From: Candidatus Latescibacterota bacterium
GTDB taxonomy: Bacteria > Latescibacterota > CBDEFO01
Length of the DNA stretch: 64,000 nucleotides
Direction: 5' to 3'
Assembly: GCA_965237525.1 (NCBI GenBank)
Contig: CBDEFO010000004.1
Span: forward strand, 352,001-416,000
The notes under the pieces are model-generated. The model had not been told where the DNA came from and searched no databases. It was given only the letters and a program-made list of their open reading frames with translations. A program made the translations under genes and the position numbers. This document shows, one piece after another, positions 10,180 to 19,557 of the stretch. Positions within the stretch are counted from its first letter, which is position 1; each line of letters opens with the position of its first letter.

Positions 10180-11481
10180 GGTTATTTATCAAATGAAATC
10201 GGTGCACTTCTCTTTCGATCTTTGATTGATCTTGAATGATAGGTTTTCGACAATCTTTGGTTTCTGTTCTTTTTCAAAATGGATGTATAATTGTTCTTCT
10301 TTTAGGTTCCATTCAGCCAGGACAAAGTAGTTGGTGTAAGAGGAGGGAAGAGATACTTTCTCATTTAGGACATCGATAAAGGCTTTATCTGTCTGTTCTG
10401 TGTCCTGTTTGACTTGTCTGATAAAATAGGTCTTGGGAATGAAATCTTTCTCGTTTGACTTCTCTTGCTTAGGTGGACGGTAGCCGGTGTATCTCTGTGA
10501 TGAAAGATTAAACCATTCTAACTTCTGATCAACTTCTTGTAAGCTTTTGAACTGAATTCTGTTCCAGAACTTCCTTGAAAATACAGAATTGTTGCCTTCT
10601 ATAGATGCTTGAGAAAAGGGCCTTCTGGGAACGGCAAATATCGGAATCACTTGATTTTTCAAGAGAAACTGCATTGCTTTGCTGACATTCCTTTTACCTG
10701 AAACACTGCCAATAGTCGCCGAGCAATTGTCCACCTTAACGAAATCTGGTTTTTCAAACCTGTCAAAGAAAGACTGACACTTCTCGATAAAGTTAGTTGC
10801 TGTTTGACCGTCAACCCGCCGAAAATACCTTAACTTAGGCTCTTTCTTAAAGGAAAATCCAACGAAGTTGACCGGCTCAGTTCTGCCGGTAAGATACTTT
10901 TTACCAATAAAGTCTGATTCTAGGACTCTGCCTCCTGAAAGATAGTAAATGGTATACTCTGGATAACAAAGATAACGAGATGCACCCTTGTTTTTACCTT
11001 TCTTCCTTCTCTGGGAAAGTCCTAAATCTGAAAGCATTCTGCCGATAGTCGGCAACGACGGAGGAGGGGTGCTAGAATATCGATTCCTCCATTCTTGTTC
11101 AATAACAGTGGCTCCTGAATAGAACTGATAAGGATCGTCCTCTAAGCTATGGTAAATCTCTTTGATTCTCTGTTCGTCAACTTTAGCCAATTTTCGCCTT
11201 TTTCCTTTTGGCCAACCCCGATTATCCATGGCAAAATCCTGATCCGGAGATTTAGTCCAAGCCGTAACGAAATCATTGGAAACTCTCGCTTGTTTGATAA
11301 CTTCTCGCTTTGACATTTCTTTCTTAAAATACATCTCGTTGACTTCTTGTCTTAATACGGCCAATCTCTCTTTGTCCATAGGACTCCGTAGATTAAAGTT
11401 AAGACAATCAACTCAACTTAATCTACTAATACTCTAAACAAAGATCAAATTAGGTGCACCGATTTCATTTGATATTCAACC
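10180..11481 (-). mobile_element. 1302-bp IS (IS481-like), copy 2, inverted
   Basis: Same TIRs and length as copy 1; protein differs at 2 residues; flanks GTTACT/GGTAAT are not a perfect duplication. Confidence 0.92.
10189..11379 (-). CDS. Transposase, second copy
   Basis: 396 aa, differs from 6449..7639 at L45P and Q62R. Confidence 0.8.
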   Translation of the reverse strand: MDKERLAVLRQEVNEMYFKKEMSKREVIKQARVSNDFVTAWTKSPDQDFAMDNRGWPKGKRRKLAKVDEQRIKEIYHSLEDDPYQFYSGATVIEQEWRNRYSSTPPPSLPTIGRMLSDLGLSQRRKKGKNKGASRYLCYPEYTIYYLSGGRVLESDFIGKKYLTGRTEPVNFVGFSFKKEPKLRYFRRVDGQTATNFIEKCQSFFDRFEKPDFVKVDNCSATIGSVSGKRNVSKAMQFLLKNQVIPIFAVPRRPFSQASIEGNNSVFSRKFWNRIQFKSLQEVDQKLEWFNLSSQRYTGYRPPKQEKSNEKDFIPKTYFIRQVKQDTEQTDKAFIDVLNEKVSLPSSYTNYFVLAEWNLKEEQLYIHFEKEQKPKIVENLSFKINQRSKEKCTDFI

Positions 11482-11500
11482 GGTAATATTTACTTTTTTA

Positions 11501-12808
11501 GTGCATATGCCAGAAAAGAGAATTCTTCTCAAAGATTTTGACGTCCCCAACATACAGGATATAGACGTCTATATAGAGCACGGCGGATACAAAGCCCTCG
11601 AAAAGGCTTTGAGCAAGATGACCCCCGACCAGGTCATAGAGGAAGTGGATAGATCTAAGCTCAAAGGGAGAGGCGGCGCCTGGTTTGCGACCGGCTTAAA
11701 ATGGAATTTTATGCCCAAAGAGCCCAAGGTCCCCTCGTATCTGTGTGTAAATGCGGACGAGAGCGAACCGGGGTCGTTCAAGGACCGAGTCCTTATGGAG
11801 GGCGATCCTCACCTTACTATCGAAGGCTCAATAATCGCATCCTACGCTATGAGGGTCAGCACCTGCTACTACTATATACGCGGGGAGATGTTCAACACGA
11901 TAGAGCTGATAGAAAAGTGCATAGAAGAGGCCTACGAGAGGGGATTTCTCGGCAAGAATATCTTTGACACGGATTACAGCTTGGATATGTACGTCCATCT
12001 CGGAGCAGGGGCGTACATCTGCGGCGAGGAGACGGGGCTTATGGAGTCTTTAGAGGGGAAAAGGCCATACCCACGAATAAAACCCCCATTTCCAGCCCAA
12101 CGGGGCATATTCGGATGTCCCACCACGGTGAACAATGTGATGACTCTGGCCTATGTACCTCACATAGTCAATAACGGAGCAGATTGGTTCAGGGGAATCG
12201 GTGCACAAGAGACGCCAGGGACATCTGTGTTCTGTGTAAGTGGGCATGTAAAGAGACCGGGGATATACGAGCTTGAGATGGGCACTCCTCTAAGGGAGAT
12301 AATCTACGGCTACGCCGGCGGTATAAGGGACGGGCATGAACTGAAAGCTGTCCTGCCTGGGGGATCTTCCTATCCGCCTTTGGGACCCGATGATCTGGAT
12401 GTGGAGATGACGCCGGAGTCCTTTTCGCTGGGTGGTGGGTCTGTGATGAGCCACATCGGGACGGGTGCAGTTATAGTGATGGACGAGACGGTCTGTATGG
12501 TGGACGCTCTTTTGAACATTATGAAGTTTTATGCTCACGAGTCATGCGGTCAGTGTACTCCGTGCAGAGAAGGTGCGCCCTGGATAAGAAACATAGCTGA
12601 GAGAATCGAAAAGGGAAAGGGCCGGATGGAAGATATGGATTTAATAGTCGATGTAGCGGAAAACGTATGCGGATTTATGAAGCTCCCCTTCACAACGGTC
12701 TGCGCTTTCGGAGCGGCGTTTGCCTGGCCTTCGGCTGGATTTATCCTCAAGTTCAAAGACGAGTTCCAAGAGCACGTAAAACTGGGCAAGTGCCCCTTTA
12801 ATAATTAG
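11501..12808 (+). CDS. nuoF: NADH-quinone oxidoreductase subunit F
   Basis: NADESEPG, GAGAYICGEET, ESCGQCTPCREG. Confidence 0.96.
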   Translation: MHMPEKRILLKDFDVPNIQDIDVYIEHGGYKALEKALSKMTPDQVIEEVDRSKLKGRGGAWFATGLKWNFMPKEPKVPSYLCVNADESEPGSFKDRVLMEGDPHLTIEGSIIASYAMRVSTCYYYIRGEMFNTIELIEKCIEEAYERGFLGKNIFDTDYSLDMYVHLGAGAYICGEETGLMESLEGKRPYPRIKPPFPAQRGIFGCPTTVNNVMTLAYVPHIVNNGADWFRGIGAQETPGTSVFCVSGHVKRPGIYELEMGTPLREIIYGYAGGIRDGHELKAVLPGGSSYPPLGPDDLDVEMTPESFSLGGGSVMSHIGTGAVIVMDETVCMVDALLNIMKFYAHESCGQCTPCREGAPWIRNIAERIEKGKGRMEDMDLIVDVAENVCGFMKLPFTTVCAFGAAFAWPSAGFILKFKDEFQEHVKLGKCPFNN

Positions 12809-12961
12809 TCAGGAAACACGGCACATTCTCCCATCCAAGAACAGACAGTAGGTACGAACCGTGTGCGGTGGGTCAGACATTCCTGTCTGACACGCCCGAT
12901 TTATGCATATGTCAGGACAGACACGCGGGCCTACCTGCACAGTGTTTGCGCATTCGGCAAA

Positions 12962-13477
12962 ATGATCAAGGCAATATTTTTCGACTTCGGAGATACATTG
13001 ATGGCCGAGGATGACACCGGCCTATCGATATGGCAAAAGGATGTCTTCTTGAAGGTAGAGGGCGCAGACGAGCTTATCGAATACCTGTCAGGAAGATATA
13101 GACTCGCCCTTGTGACCAACACGATCACATCTCGTGAACCCGATATACAAAGAGCGCTTGAGATAATGGGTTGGAAGGATAAGTTTGAAGCCGTGATAAC
13201 GTCTGTGGACGTAGGTTCTGACAAGCCCCACCCGGGGATATTCCAAGTCGCATTGGATCGCCTTACATTAGAGCCGTCCGAAGTCGTAATGATCGGAGAT
13301 AGGGTGGATACGGACATCGTGGGAGCCAAGCGATACGGCATCAAATGTATATTGCACAGGTGGAACGACCGGTTCCCTATAGACGCTGCTGGCCCCGAAG
13401 CAGAGCCGACGACAAAGGTCACTTCTCTATATGAAGTCCCCAAGGCCTTGAGGCAAATTGAGGAGATGGAACCCTGA
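12962..13477 (+). CDS. HAD-superfamily hydrolase
   Basis: FDFGDTL, KPHPGIF, IGDRVDTD; start moved to ATG12962 just before motif I. Confidence 0.88.
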   Translation: MIKAIFFDFGDTLMAEDDTGLSIWQKDVFLKVEGADELIEYLSGRYRLALVTNTITSREPDIQRALEIMGWKDKFEAVITSVDVGSDKPHPGIFQVALDRLTLEPSEVVMIGDRVDTDIVGAKRYGIKCILHRWNDRFPIDAAGPEAEPTTKVTSLYEVPKALRQIEEMEP

Positions 13478-13485
13478 TAATAGAG

Positions 13486-14511
13486 TTGATAATTGTACTC
13501 GTGAAGATAGTAGTAGTGCTGGGAGCTATACTTACTACAGTTGCTTATTTGTCACTTGCCGAACGGAGGATAAGCGGCTTCATGCAGGACAGGCTCGGTC
13601 CCAACAGGGTGGGTCCATTCGGATTATTACAGCCGATTGCCGACGGACTCAAGTTCCTCTTTAAAGAGGACATAATCCCGAATCACGTGGACAGAGTAAT
13701 ATACGTTATGGCTCCTGCGGTGGTCTTGATCCCCGCTCTTATAACATTTGCCGTCATACCTTTCGGGGATACTCTCCCCCTGCTCGGAAGAGACATAAAG
13801 CTTCAAATCGCCGATATAAACGTAGGCATTCTCTATATACTGGCTATCACCTCGCTGGGAGTCTATGGGATCGTGCTGGGAGGATGGGCGTCCAACAACA
13901 AATATTCCCTTTTGGGCGGGCTGCGTGCTTCTGCGCAGATGATAAGCTATGAGCTTGCCCTGGGGCTTTCTATAGTTGGCGTCCTTATGATGACGGGGTC
14001 TTTGAGGCTCAATGACGTGGTGGAATTCCAATCGGGGTATTGGGGCCTCATCCCGAAATGGAACGTCTTGACACAACCTTTGGGTTTTGTGCTGTTTATG
14101 ATCGCAGCGTTCGCCGAGACTAATAGATTGCCCTTTGACCTCGCTGAAGCGGAGCAGGAGCTCGTGGCAGGATATCACACTGAGTACAGCAGCATGAAGT
14201 TCACTATGTTCTATATGGCCGAATACGCAAATATGGTCACATCATCTGCCCTTATAGTCACACTCTTCTTTGGAGGGTGGAACGTGCCCTGGATCATATC
14301 CCCTGACTCGACATCACTTCTGCCAAGCATTCTGAAGCTCTTGTCATTCGTAATCAAAACAGGATTCTTTCTTTTCCTGTTTATCTGGGTGCGGTGGACG
14401 CTGCCCAGATTTAGATACGACCAGTTGATGCACCTTGGATGGAAAGTATTTCTTCCGCTGGCTCTGCTTAATATATTTGTGACGGGAACCGTCATAATGT
14501 TGATCTCGTAA
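13486..14511 (+). CDS. nuoH: NADH-quinone oxidoreductase subunit H
   Basis: GPNRVGP, QPIADGLK, AETNRLPFDL, PRFRYDQLM. Confidence 0.96.
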   Translation: MIIVLVKIVVVLGAILTTVAYLSLAERRISGFMQDRLGPNRVGPFGLLQPIADGLKFLFKEDIIPNHVDRVIYVMAPAVVLIPALITFAVIPFGDTLPLLGRDIKLQIADINVGILYILAITSLGVYGIVLGGWASNNKYSLLGGLRASAQMISYELALGLSIVGVLMMTGSLRLNDVVEFQSGYWGLIPKWNVLTQPLGFVLFMIAAFAETNRLPFDLAEAEQELVAGYHTEYSSMKFTMFYMAEYANMVTSSALIVTLFFGGWNVPWIISPDSTSLLPSILKLLSFVIKTGFFLFLFIWVRWTLPRFRYDQLMHLGWKVFLPLALLNIFVTGTVIMLIS

Positions 14512-14513
14512 AG

Positions 14514-15263
14514 GTGATGGAAACACTTCTTTTTTTCATCTTCGCAACGATAGCCCTCATTTCCGCCCTTTTTGTCGTAATATTCCGAAATCCCCTATAC
14601 AGCGCCCTTTCATTAGTTGTGACCTTCTTTTTTATGGCGGGATTGTTTCTGCTTTTAGGGGCAGAGCTAATAGCGGCTGTGCAGGTCCTTGTCTACGCCG
14701 GGGCGATAATGGTGCTCTTTCTATTTGTTATCATGCTCCTCAATTTAGGTCGTCCAGACGCAGGCAGAGAAAGACTCAAATACGGTTCCTTGGTCGGAAT
14801 AGGACTCGCCGTCCTTTTAATAGCCGAATTCCGGAGCGTCGCACAATGGGCGTCGCCCCTAGAAGATCTGGAGACTACGATTCCTCCTTCGGAGATCGGA
14901 CAAGAGCTCATGTCTTTGAGCCCCGATGTTCCTTTCAACGAGGCCCTTACGATAATAGAGAAGGTAGCAAGCATTCCAATCACTGATCCTAAAGCTCGTA
15001 CTACTCCCATAGGAATAGAGATAGAGAATCTCCCCTGGGCGCGTGCTCTTCAACTGATCGTCAACGCCAACAATCTGATATTTGTACGGTGGGAAAACTA
15101 TATCGAGATAACAGGAATCGGAACGGCTGAAACTATGGGCAAGCTCCTCTTTACGGACTATCTACTGCCGTTCGAGGTGGCATCCATGATCCTGCTGGTA
15201 GCACTCATCGGAGCTGTAGTCCTTGCAAAGCGCGAGCGCCCATCGGGGAAGGAGGTAAAATGA
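14514..15263 (+). CDS. nuoJ: NADH-quinone oxidoreductase subunit J with ~70-aa internal insertion
   Basis: [26 protein letters not shown]; longer than typical NuoJ. Confidence 0.92.
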   Translation: MMETLLFFIFATIALISALFVVIFRNPLYSALSLVVTFFFMAGLFLLLGAELIAAVQVLVYAGAIMVLFLFVIMLLNLGRPDAGRERLKYGSLVGIGLAVLLIAEFRSVAQWASPLEDLETTIPPSEIGQELMSLSPDVPFNEALTIIEKVASIPITDPKARTTPIGIEIENLPWARALQLIVNANNLIFVRWENYIEITGIGTAETMGKLLFTDYLLPFEVASMILLVALIGAVVLAKRERPSGKEVK

Positions 15264-15562
15264 TACCGCTTTCCTATTATCTTCTCCTTTCAGGCGTGCT
15301 CTTTTCAATTGGAGTAATCGGTGTCCTAACGAGAAGAAACGCAATAGTAATATTTATGTGTGTGGAGTTGATGTTGAACTCAGCAAATTTGGCCTTTATA
15401 GCGTTTTCTAAATATCTGAACTCACCTTCTGGACAGGTCTTTGTATTCTTTATAATGACCGTCGCAGCCGCAGAAGTGGCCGTCGGACTCGCCATTATTA
15501 TAGCTATATATAGAAATAAAGAGACGGTAAACGTGGATAAGATAAATCTGATGAAATGGTAA
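15260..15562 (+). CDS. nuoK: NADH-quinone oxidoreductase subunit K
   Basis: [20 protein letters not shown]. Confidence 0.96.
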   Translation: MIPLSYYLLLSGVLFSIGVIGVLTRRNAIVIFMCVELMLNSANLAFIAFSKYLNSPSGQVFVFFIMTVAAAEVAVGLAIIIAIYRNKETVNVDKINLMKW

Positions 15563-15641
15563 AACAAGTAGACAGCAAACAGTAGACAGGGGCACCTCCT
15601 CCCTTCCCTGTATTCTGTCTACTATTTAAGGGTAGCGTGAG

Positions 15642-17516
15642 ATGACCTTAATCCTATTGATAATCTTATTTCCCCTATCTGGCGTTCTTATAAACGGACT
15701 CTTCGGGAGTAAACTCAGGGAAAAGAGCGCGTATATTGCCAACGTAGCCATCGGCCTCTCCTGGGTCTGTTCAATTCTAGCCTTTCTTGACGTGATTAAA
15801 GGAAAAGGCGTTGATAACGATCTCTATAGTTGGATAGCTGCAGGCGGCTTTGAAGCCACAGTCGGATTCAAGCTGGACGAGCTTTCGGCCATAATGATCC
15901 TTGTGGTTACCACTGTGAGTTTATGCATACACATCTATTCGATAGGCTACATGCGCGGGGACAGGGGATACGCAAGATACTTTACATATCTGAATCTGTT
16001 TGTCTTTTCGATGCTCGTTTTAGTGCTTGCCAACAACTACCTTTTGATGTTCGTGGGATGGGAGGCTGTAGGACTCTGTTCGTATCTGCTCATAGGATTT
16101 TGGTACGAGAAAAAGTCCGCCTCCGACGCGGGCAAAAAGGCATTTATAGTCAACAGGATCGGCGACTTCGGTTTTATTCTTGGGCTCTTTTTGATATTTA
16201 TGCACCTCGGGACGCTGAAATTCGTGGACGTCTTTTCCACAGCTCCGACGGAACTCTCACAAGGAGTTGCCACTGCCATAACTCTGCTACTCTTTATGGG
16301 CGCAGTCGGCAAGTCGGCTCAGTTTCCGCTTTACGTATGGCTGCCCGATGCGATGGAAGGTCCAACGCCCGTAAGTTCGCTCATACACGCCGCCACGATG
16401 GTCACAGCGGGAGTCTATATGGTCGCCCGTTCTTACGTCCTGTATGAACTGGCGCCCTTGTCTATGGAAGTAGTGGCCCTAATAGGCGCATTCACCGCGA
16501 TATTCGCAGCGACTATCGCTCTGACAAGTAATGACATAAAGAGGATCTTGGCCTACTCCACGGTCAGCCAATTGGGGTATATGTTCATCGCTGTGGGGAT
16601 AGGAGCATACTCCGTCGGGATATTCCACCTTATGACGCACGCCTTTTTCAAGGGACTCATGTTCCTGACAGCAGGAAGCGTGATGCACGCTATGTCGGAC
16701 GAACTGGACATGAGAAAGATGGGCGGCCTCTATTCAAAGATGAAGATTACAGCCTGGACTTTCATAATAGGTGCGCTTGCGATCTCGGGGATTCCTCCCT
16801 TGAGCGGATTCTGGAGCAAGGACGAGATCCTATCGAAGGCGTACTCCACAGGCAATATAGTGATATGGGTGATAGGTGCGGCTACAGCGTTTCTCACAGC
16901 GTTGTACATGTTCCGCCTCATATTTATAACCTTCTTCGGAGCGTCCAGAGTAGAACCTGAGGTTGAACCACACGTCCACGAGTCGCCTCGTATTATGACA
17001 ATCCCTCTCGTCATTCTCGCTATATTTTCGGTCACAGCCGGATGGGTTGGAATCGGAGAACACAGCCCATTTCACAGTTTTCTCGGAAGGGCAATAGAAC
17101 CTCGAGTCGAAGTTGAAGCTCAATTAGCCACACTTTCTGAAGGGGCACTTATTGCAATATCGGTTCTCCTTGCACTTGCGGGAATAGGTCTGGCATACAT
17201 AATCTATATCAAACGCTATATCAAGCCGGAGGAGATCGCCGATAGAGCGGGAGATCTGTATAGCCTTGTGGCCAACAAATACTATGTGGACGAGATATAC
17301 GATGCGCTCATCATCGCTCCTTTCAGGGGACTTGCGACCTTCCTTGCTAATGCATTCGACGTGTGGATAATAGACGGCATCGTGGATGGAGTTGGTCTCT
17401 TTGTAAGAGGCTCCAGCGCTGTCCTGAGGCGAATGCAGTCGGGCTATATACAAAACTACGCCCTCGCCGTGGTCCTGGGAACAGTCGTAATGCTCGGATA
17501 CTACTTTCTGAGGTAG
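15642..17516 (+). CDS. nuoL: NADH-quinone oxidoreductase subunit L
   Basis: KAFIVNRIGD, KSAQFPLYVWLPDAMEGPTPVS, THAFFK. Confidence 0.96.
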   Translation: MTLILLIILFPLSGVLINGLFGSKLREKSAYIANVAIGLSWVCSILAFLDVIKGKGVDNDLYSWIAAGGFEATVGFKLDELSAIMILVVTTVSLCIHIYSIGYMRGDRGYARYFTYLNLFVFSMLVLVLANNYLLMFVGWEAVGLCSYLLIGFWYEKKSASDAGKKAFIVNRIGDFGFILGLFLIFMHLGTLKFVDVFSTAPTELSQGVATAITLLLFMGAVGKSAQFPLYVWLPDAMEGPTPVSSLIHAATMVTAGVYMVARSYVLYELAPLSMEVVALIGAFTAIFAATIALTSNDIKRILAYSTVSQLGYMFIAVGIGAYSVGIFHLMTHAFFKGLMFLTAGSVMHAMSDELDMRKMGGLYSKMKITAWTFIIGALAISGIPPLSGFWSKDEILSKAYSTGNIVIWVIGAATAFLTALYMFRLIFITFFGASRVEPEVEPHVHESPRIMTIPLVILAIFSVTAGWVGIGEHSPFHSFLGRAIEPRVEVEAQLATLSEGALIAISVLLALAGIGLAYIIYIKRYIKPEEIADRAGDLYSLVANKYYVDEIYDALIIAPFRGLATFLANAFDVWIIDGIVDGVGLFVRGSSAVLRRMQSGYIQNYALAVVLGTVVMLGYYFLR

Positions 17517-17823
17517 GTAGGGCATAACAGGCATACACTAGCCCCCGATAGATTCAATCGGGGGCAGAAAGTTGGGAGAAATGAGAATACCTCTAAAAGT
17601 TGCTATCTTCCTAAGTAACGTGTCTTTTGTGTATAGCTCCTGTCTATGCACAGGAATCATCTAAATACACGCTCGATGACGTGAGGGAGAAGTTGAGGGA
17701 TATGGACAAACGCATAGATGAGCGTCTAACCGCACTGGAAGAACGCATGGTCAGCCTAGAATCGAGGAGCTCAAACCTTGAAGGGGGATTAGCACAGATT
17801 GAAAAAAGAGTGGATGATATTAG

Positions 17824-19342
17824 AAGCCTTGTGAAATAGTTATGTCCCAGGCAGCGTGTGAAGCGCCGATTATGGGTCAAAGAGTAGCATATCGTATCGT
17901 TTTGCTGTGGAATAAGCAAAATAGTCTTATCAGAGTTCTGGTCAGCAAGGAACAGGAGCTGTTTGAAGAACAGGATGCACTGTCTTTGACAGACAGGGCA
18001 CACATAGACGCTTTCCCCCTTCTTATGAAAGATACAAGCCTCTTGAGATTCTGTACTGTTGCAACAAGATTCAACTGTTCATTCAGTGAGGCTGGTCCTC
18101 TATAACGGGCTCGTCCCATACCGTGTTGTTGCCTGGCTTCAGCAAAGATATGTTCACTGCGTTTACGGAGTCTCCGGGAGAGTTTGTAGTCAGCTGTTAA
18201 TGAGATAGACCGTGCATGATTTCTGGCTTTCGCCTCTCGCACTTTTCTATCCCGTTCGGCCTGAATATGTGCTGGATTTGTCTTGTTTTTCCATGTAGGA
18301 ATCGGTTCAATCTTCTCATCGGCTCGCAGAGGAATATGGGGTATGATTCCCCGGTCAAGTACATCAGCGATAAAATTACCAGAACCGTAACCGGTATCGG
18401 CACTAAGTGTCTGAATGTCTTTGGGCATGGTGTATGTTTCAAGGTCATCTACCATCTTAAGGGCACTTTCGGGCTCTGCTGTCCCTGTCGCCTGCGTGCC
18501 CTGAGTCTCAAGGATTACTCTGCTTTTTGTGTCGATCAGATCATGGCCCATAAACGAGAGAAAAGCCCCTTTGCCCTTCGATTTGCTGTATAAGCGCGCG
18601 TCGGGGTCTGTAGTCGAACGGTGTGTTTGGTTCGTCCACTTTTCACCATGAAAGTCTTTATCCTGAGGATGCCCGGACCTACCCTTTGTCTTATCACCTT
18701 CAAAACCGATTCCCTTGAGATAATCATCAAGAGAAACAGGGGGTTCTATCGGCTCAATACTTTTCACTGAAGCATCAGCTTGTATCTGAGTGCCGTCGAC
18801 ACTAAGGTGTTTACCGCTCACAAGACCGACATCTATGCAACACTGGACTACCTGACGCATTATCCGTTCAAACAACCCACTGGATGCCCACTTGTGATTG
18901 CGAAGCTTGTTGATCGTGCTCCTATCCGGAACCGCATCATCAAATGTCTGATGACAAAACAACCGATATGCCGCATGCATCCCCACTTCCTGACAGAGCC
19001 GATTCTCACTCAAATTATACAGATAGCCAATAAGGATCATTCGAACAACTAATTCAGGATCAATACCGGGTCTGCCATTGTCAGGGCAATAACAATCTGA
19101 TACAACGTCTCGTACAAATGAAAAATCAACTGCCTCATCAATCTGACGAAGGATATGATCCTCGGGAACTAAATCCTCCATCTGAAAATAGTGAAACATC
19201 GGATTTGTCTGTTCCTGCTTTTGTGGGGTCATTGTTTCCTCCATGTATAATATTATCAATAACATAATATAATACATCGGAGCTGCTTTATCAATGCTTG
19301 TTTTATACTATTTTCTGAATCTAAGGGTTTTTCACAAGGCTT
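17824..19342 (-). mobile_element. IS1182-family element, copy 1 (1519 bp)
   Basis: TIR AAGCCTTGTGAAA / TTTCACAAGGCTT; 4-bp TSD TTAG (17820-23, 19343-46). Confidence 0.93.
17877..19277 (-). CDS. IS1182-family transposase
   Basis: DUF772-like N-terminus (PEDH..GRPGIDP), VDGT, STTDPDARL, ADTGYG, EHIFAE. Confidence 0.92.
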   Translation of the reverse strand: MYYIMLLIILYMEETMTPQKQEQTNPMFHYFQMEDLVPEDHILRQIDEAVDFSFVRDVVSDCYCPDNGRPGIDPELVVRMILIGYLYNLSENRLCQEVGMHAAYRLFCHQTFDDAVPDRSTINKLRNHKWASSGLFERIMRQVVQCCIDVGLVSGKHLSVDGTQIQADASVKSIEPIEPPVSLDDYLKGIGFEGDKTKGRSGHPQDKDFHGEKWTNQTHRSTTDPDARLYSKSKGKGAFLSFMGHDLIDTKSRVILETQGTQATGTAEPESALKMVDDLETYTMPKDIQTLSADTGYGSGNFIADVLDRGIIPHIPLRADEKIEPIPTWKNKTNPAHIQAERDRKVREAKARNHARSISLTADYKLSRRLRKRSEHIFAEARQQHGMGRARYRGPASLNEQLNLVATVQNLKRLVSFIRRGKASMCALSVKDSASCSSNSSCSLLTRTLIRLFCLFHSKTIRYATL

Positions 19343-19557
19343 TTAGTTCGACTATGATGGGGCTTTTCGGAGGATTAGGTGTCCTATTTTAGCTATAACT
19401 TTTAACATCCCCAGAAACGTCAAAGAAGCCGGATCTCAAGAGAATCTCAAAGAGGAGTTTAGGAGTCAATTTTAGCTACGAAGAGAATAGGTAAAACAGG
19501 TTGCGTATAGAGAAGAAGCCCTCGAAAGGAAGTTATCAGAAGAAAGAGAATAGATAA

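Larger units (their letters stand above)
17581..19392 (+). pseudogene. Small signal-peptide/coiled-coil/TM protein, frameshifted and split by IS1182
   Basis: ATG17581 frame shifts near 17615-17625; removing the IS gives ...KRVDDISSTMMGLFGGLGVLF. Confidence 0.55.

Noticed and set aside
12848..12934. GTAG...GTCAGACATTCCTGTCTGAC...CTAC REP-like remnant
   Set aside because: Single degenerate copy with no associated transposase in the window
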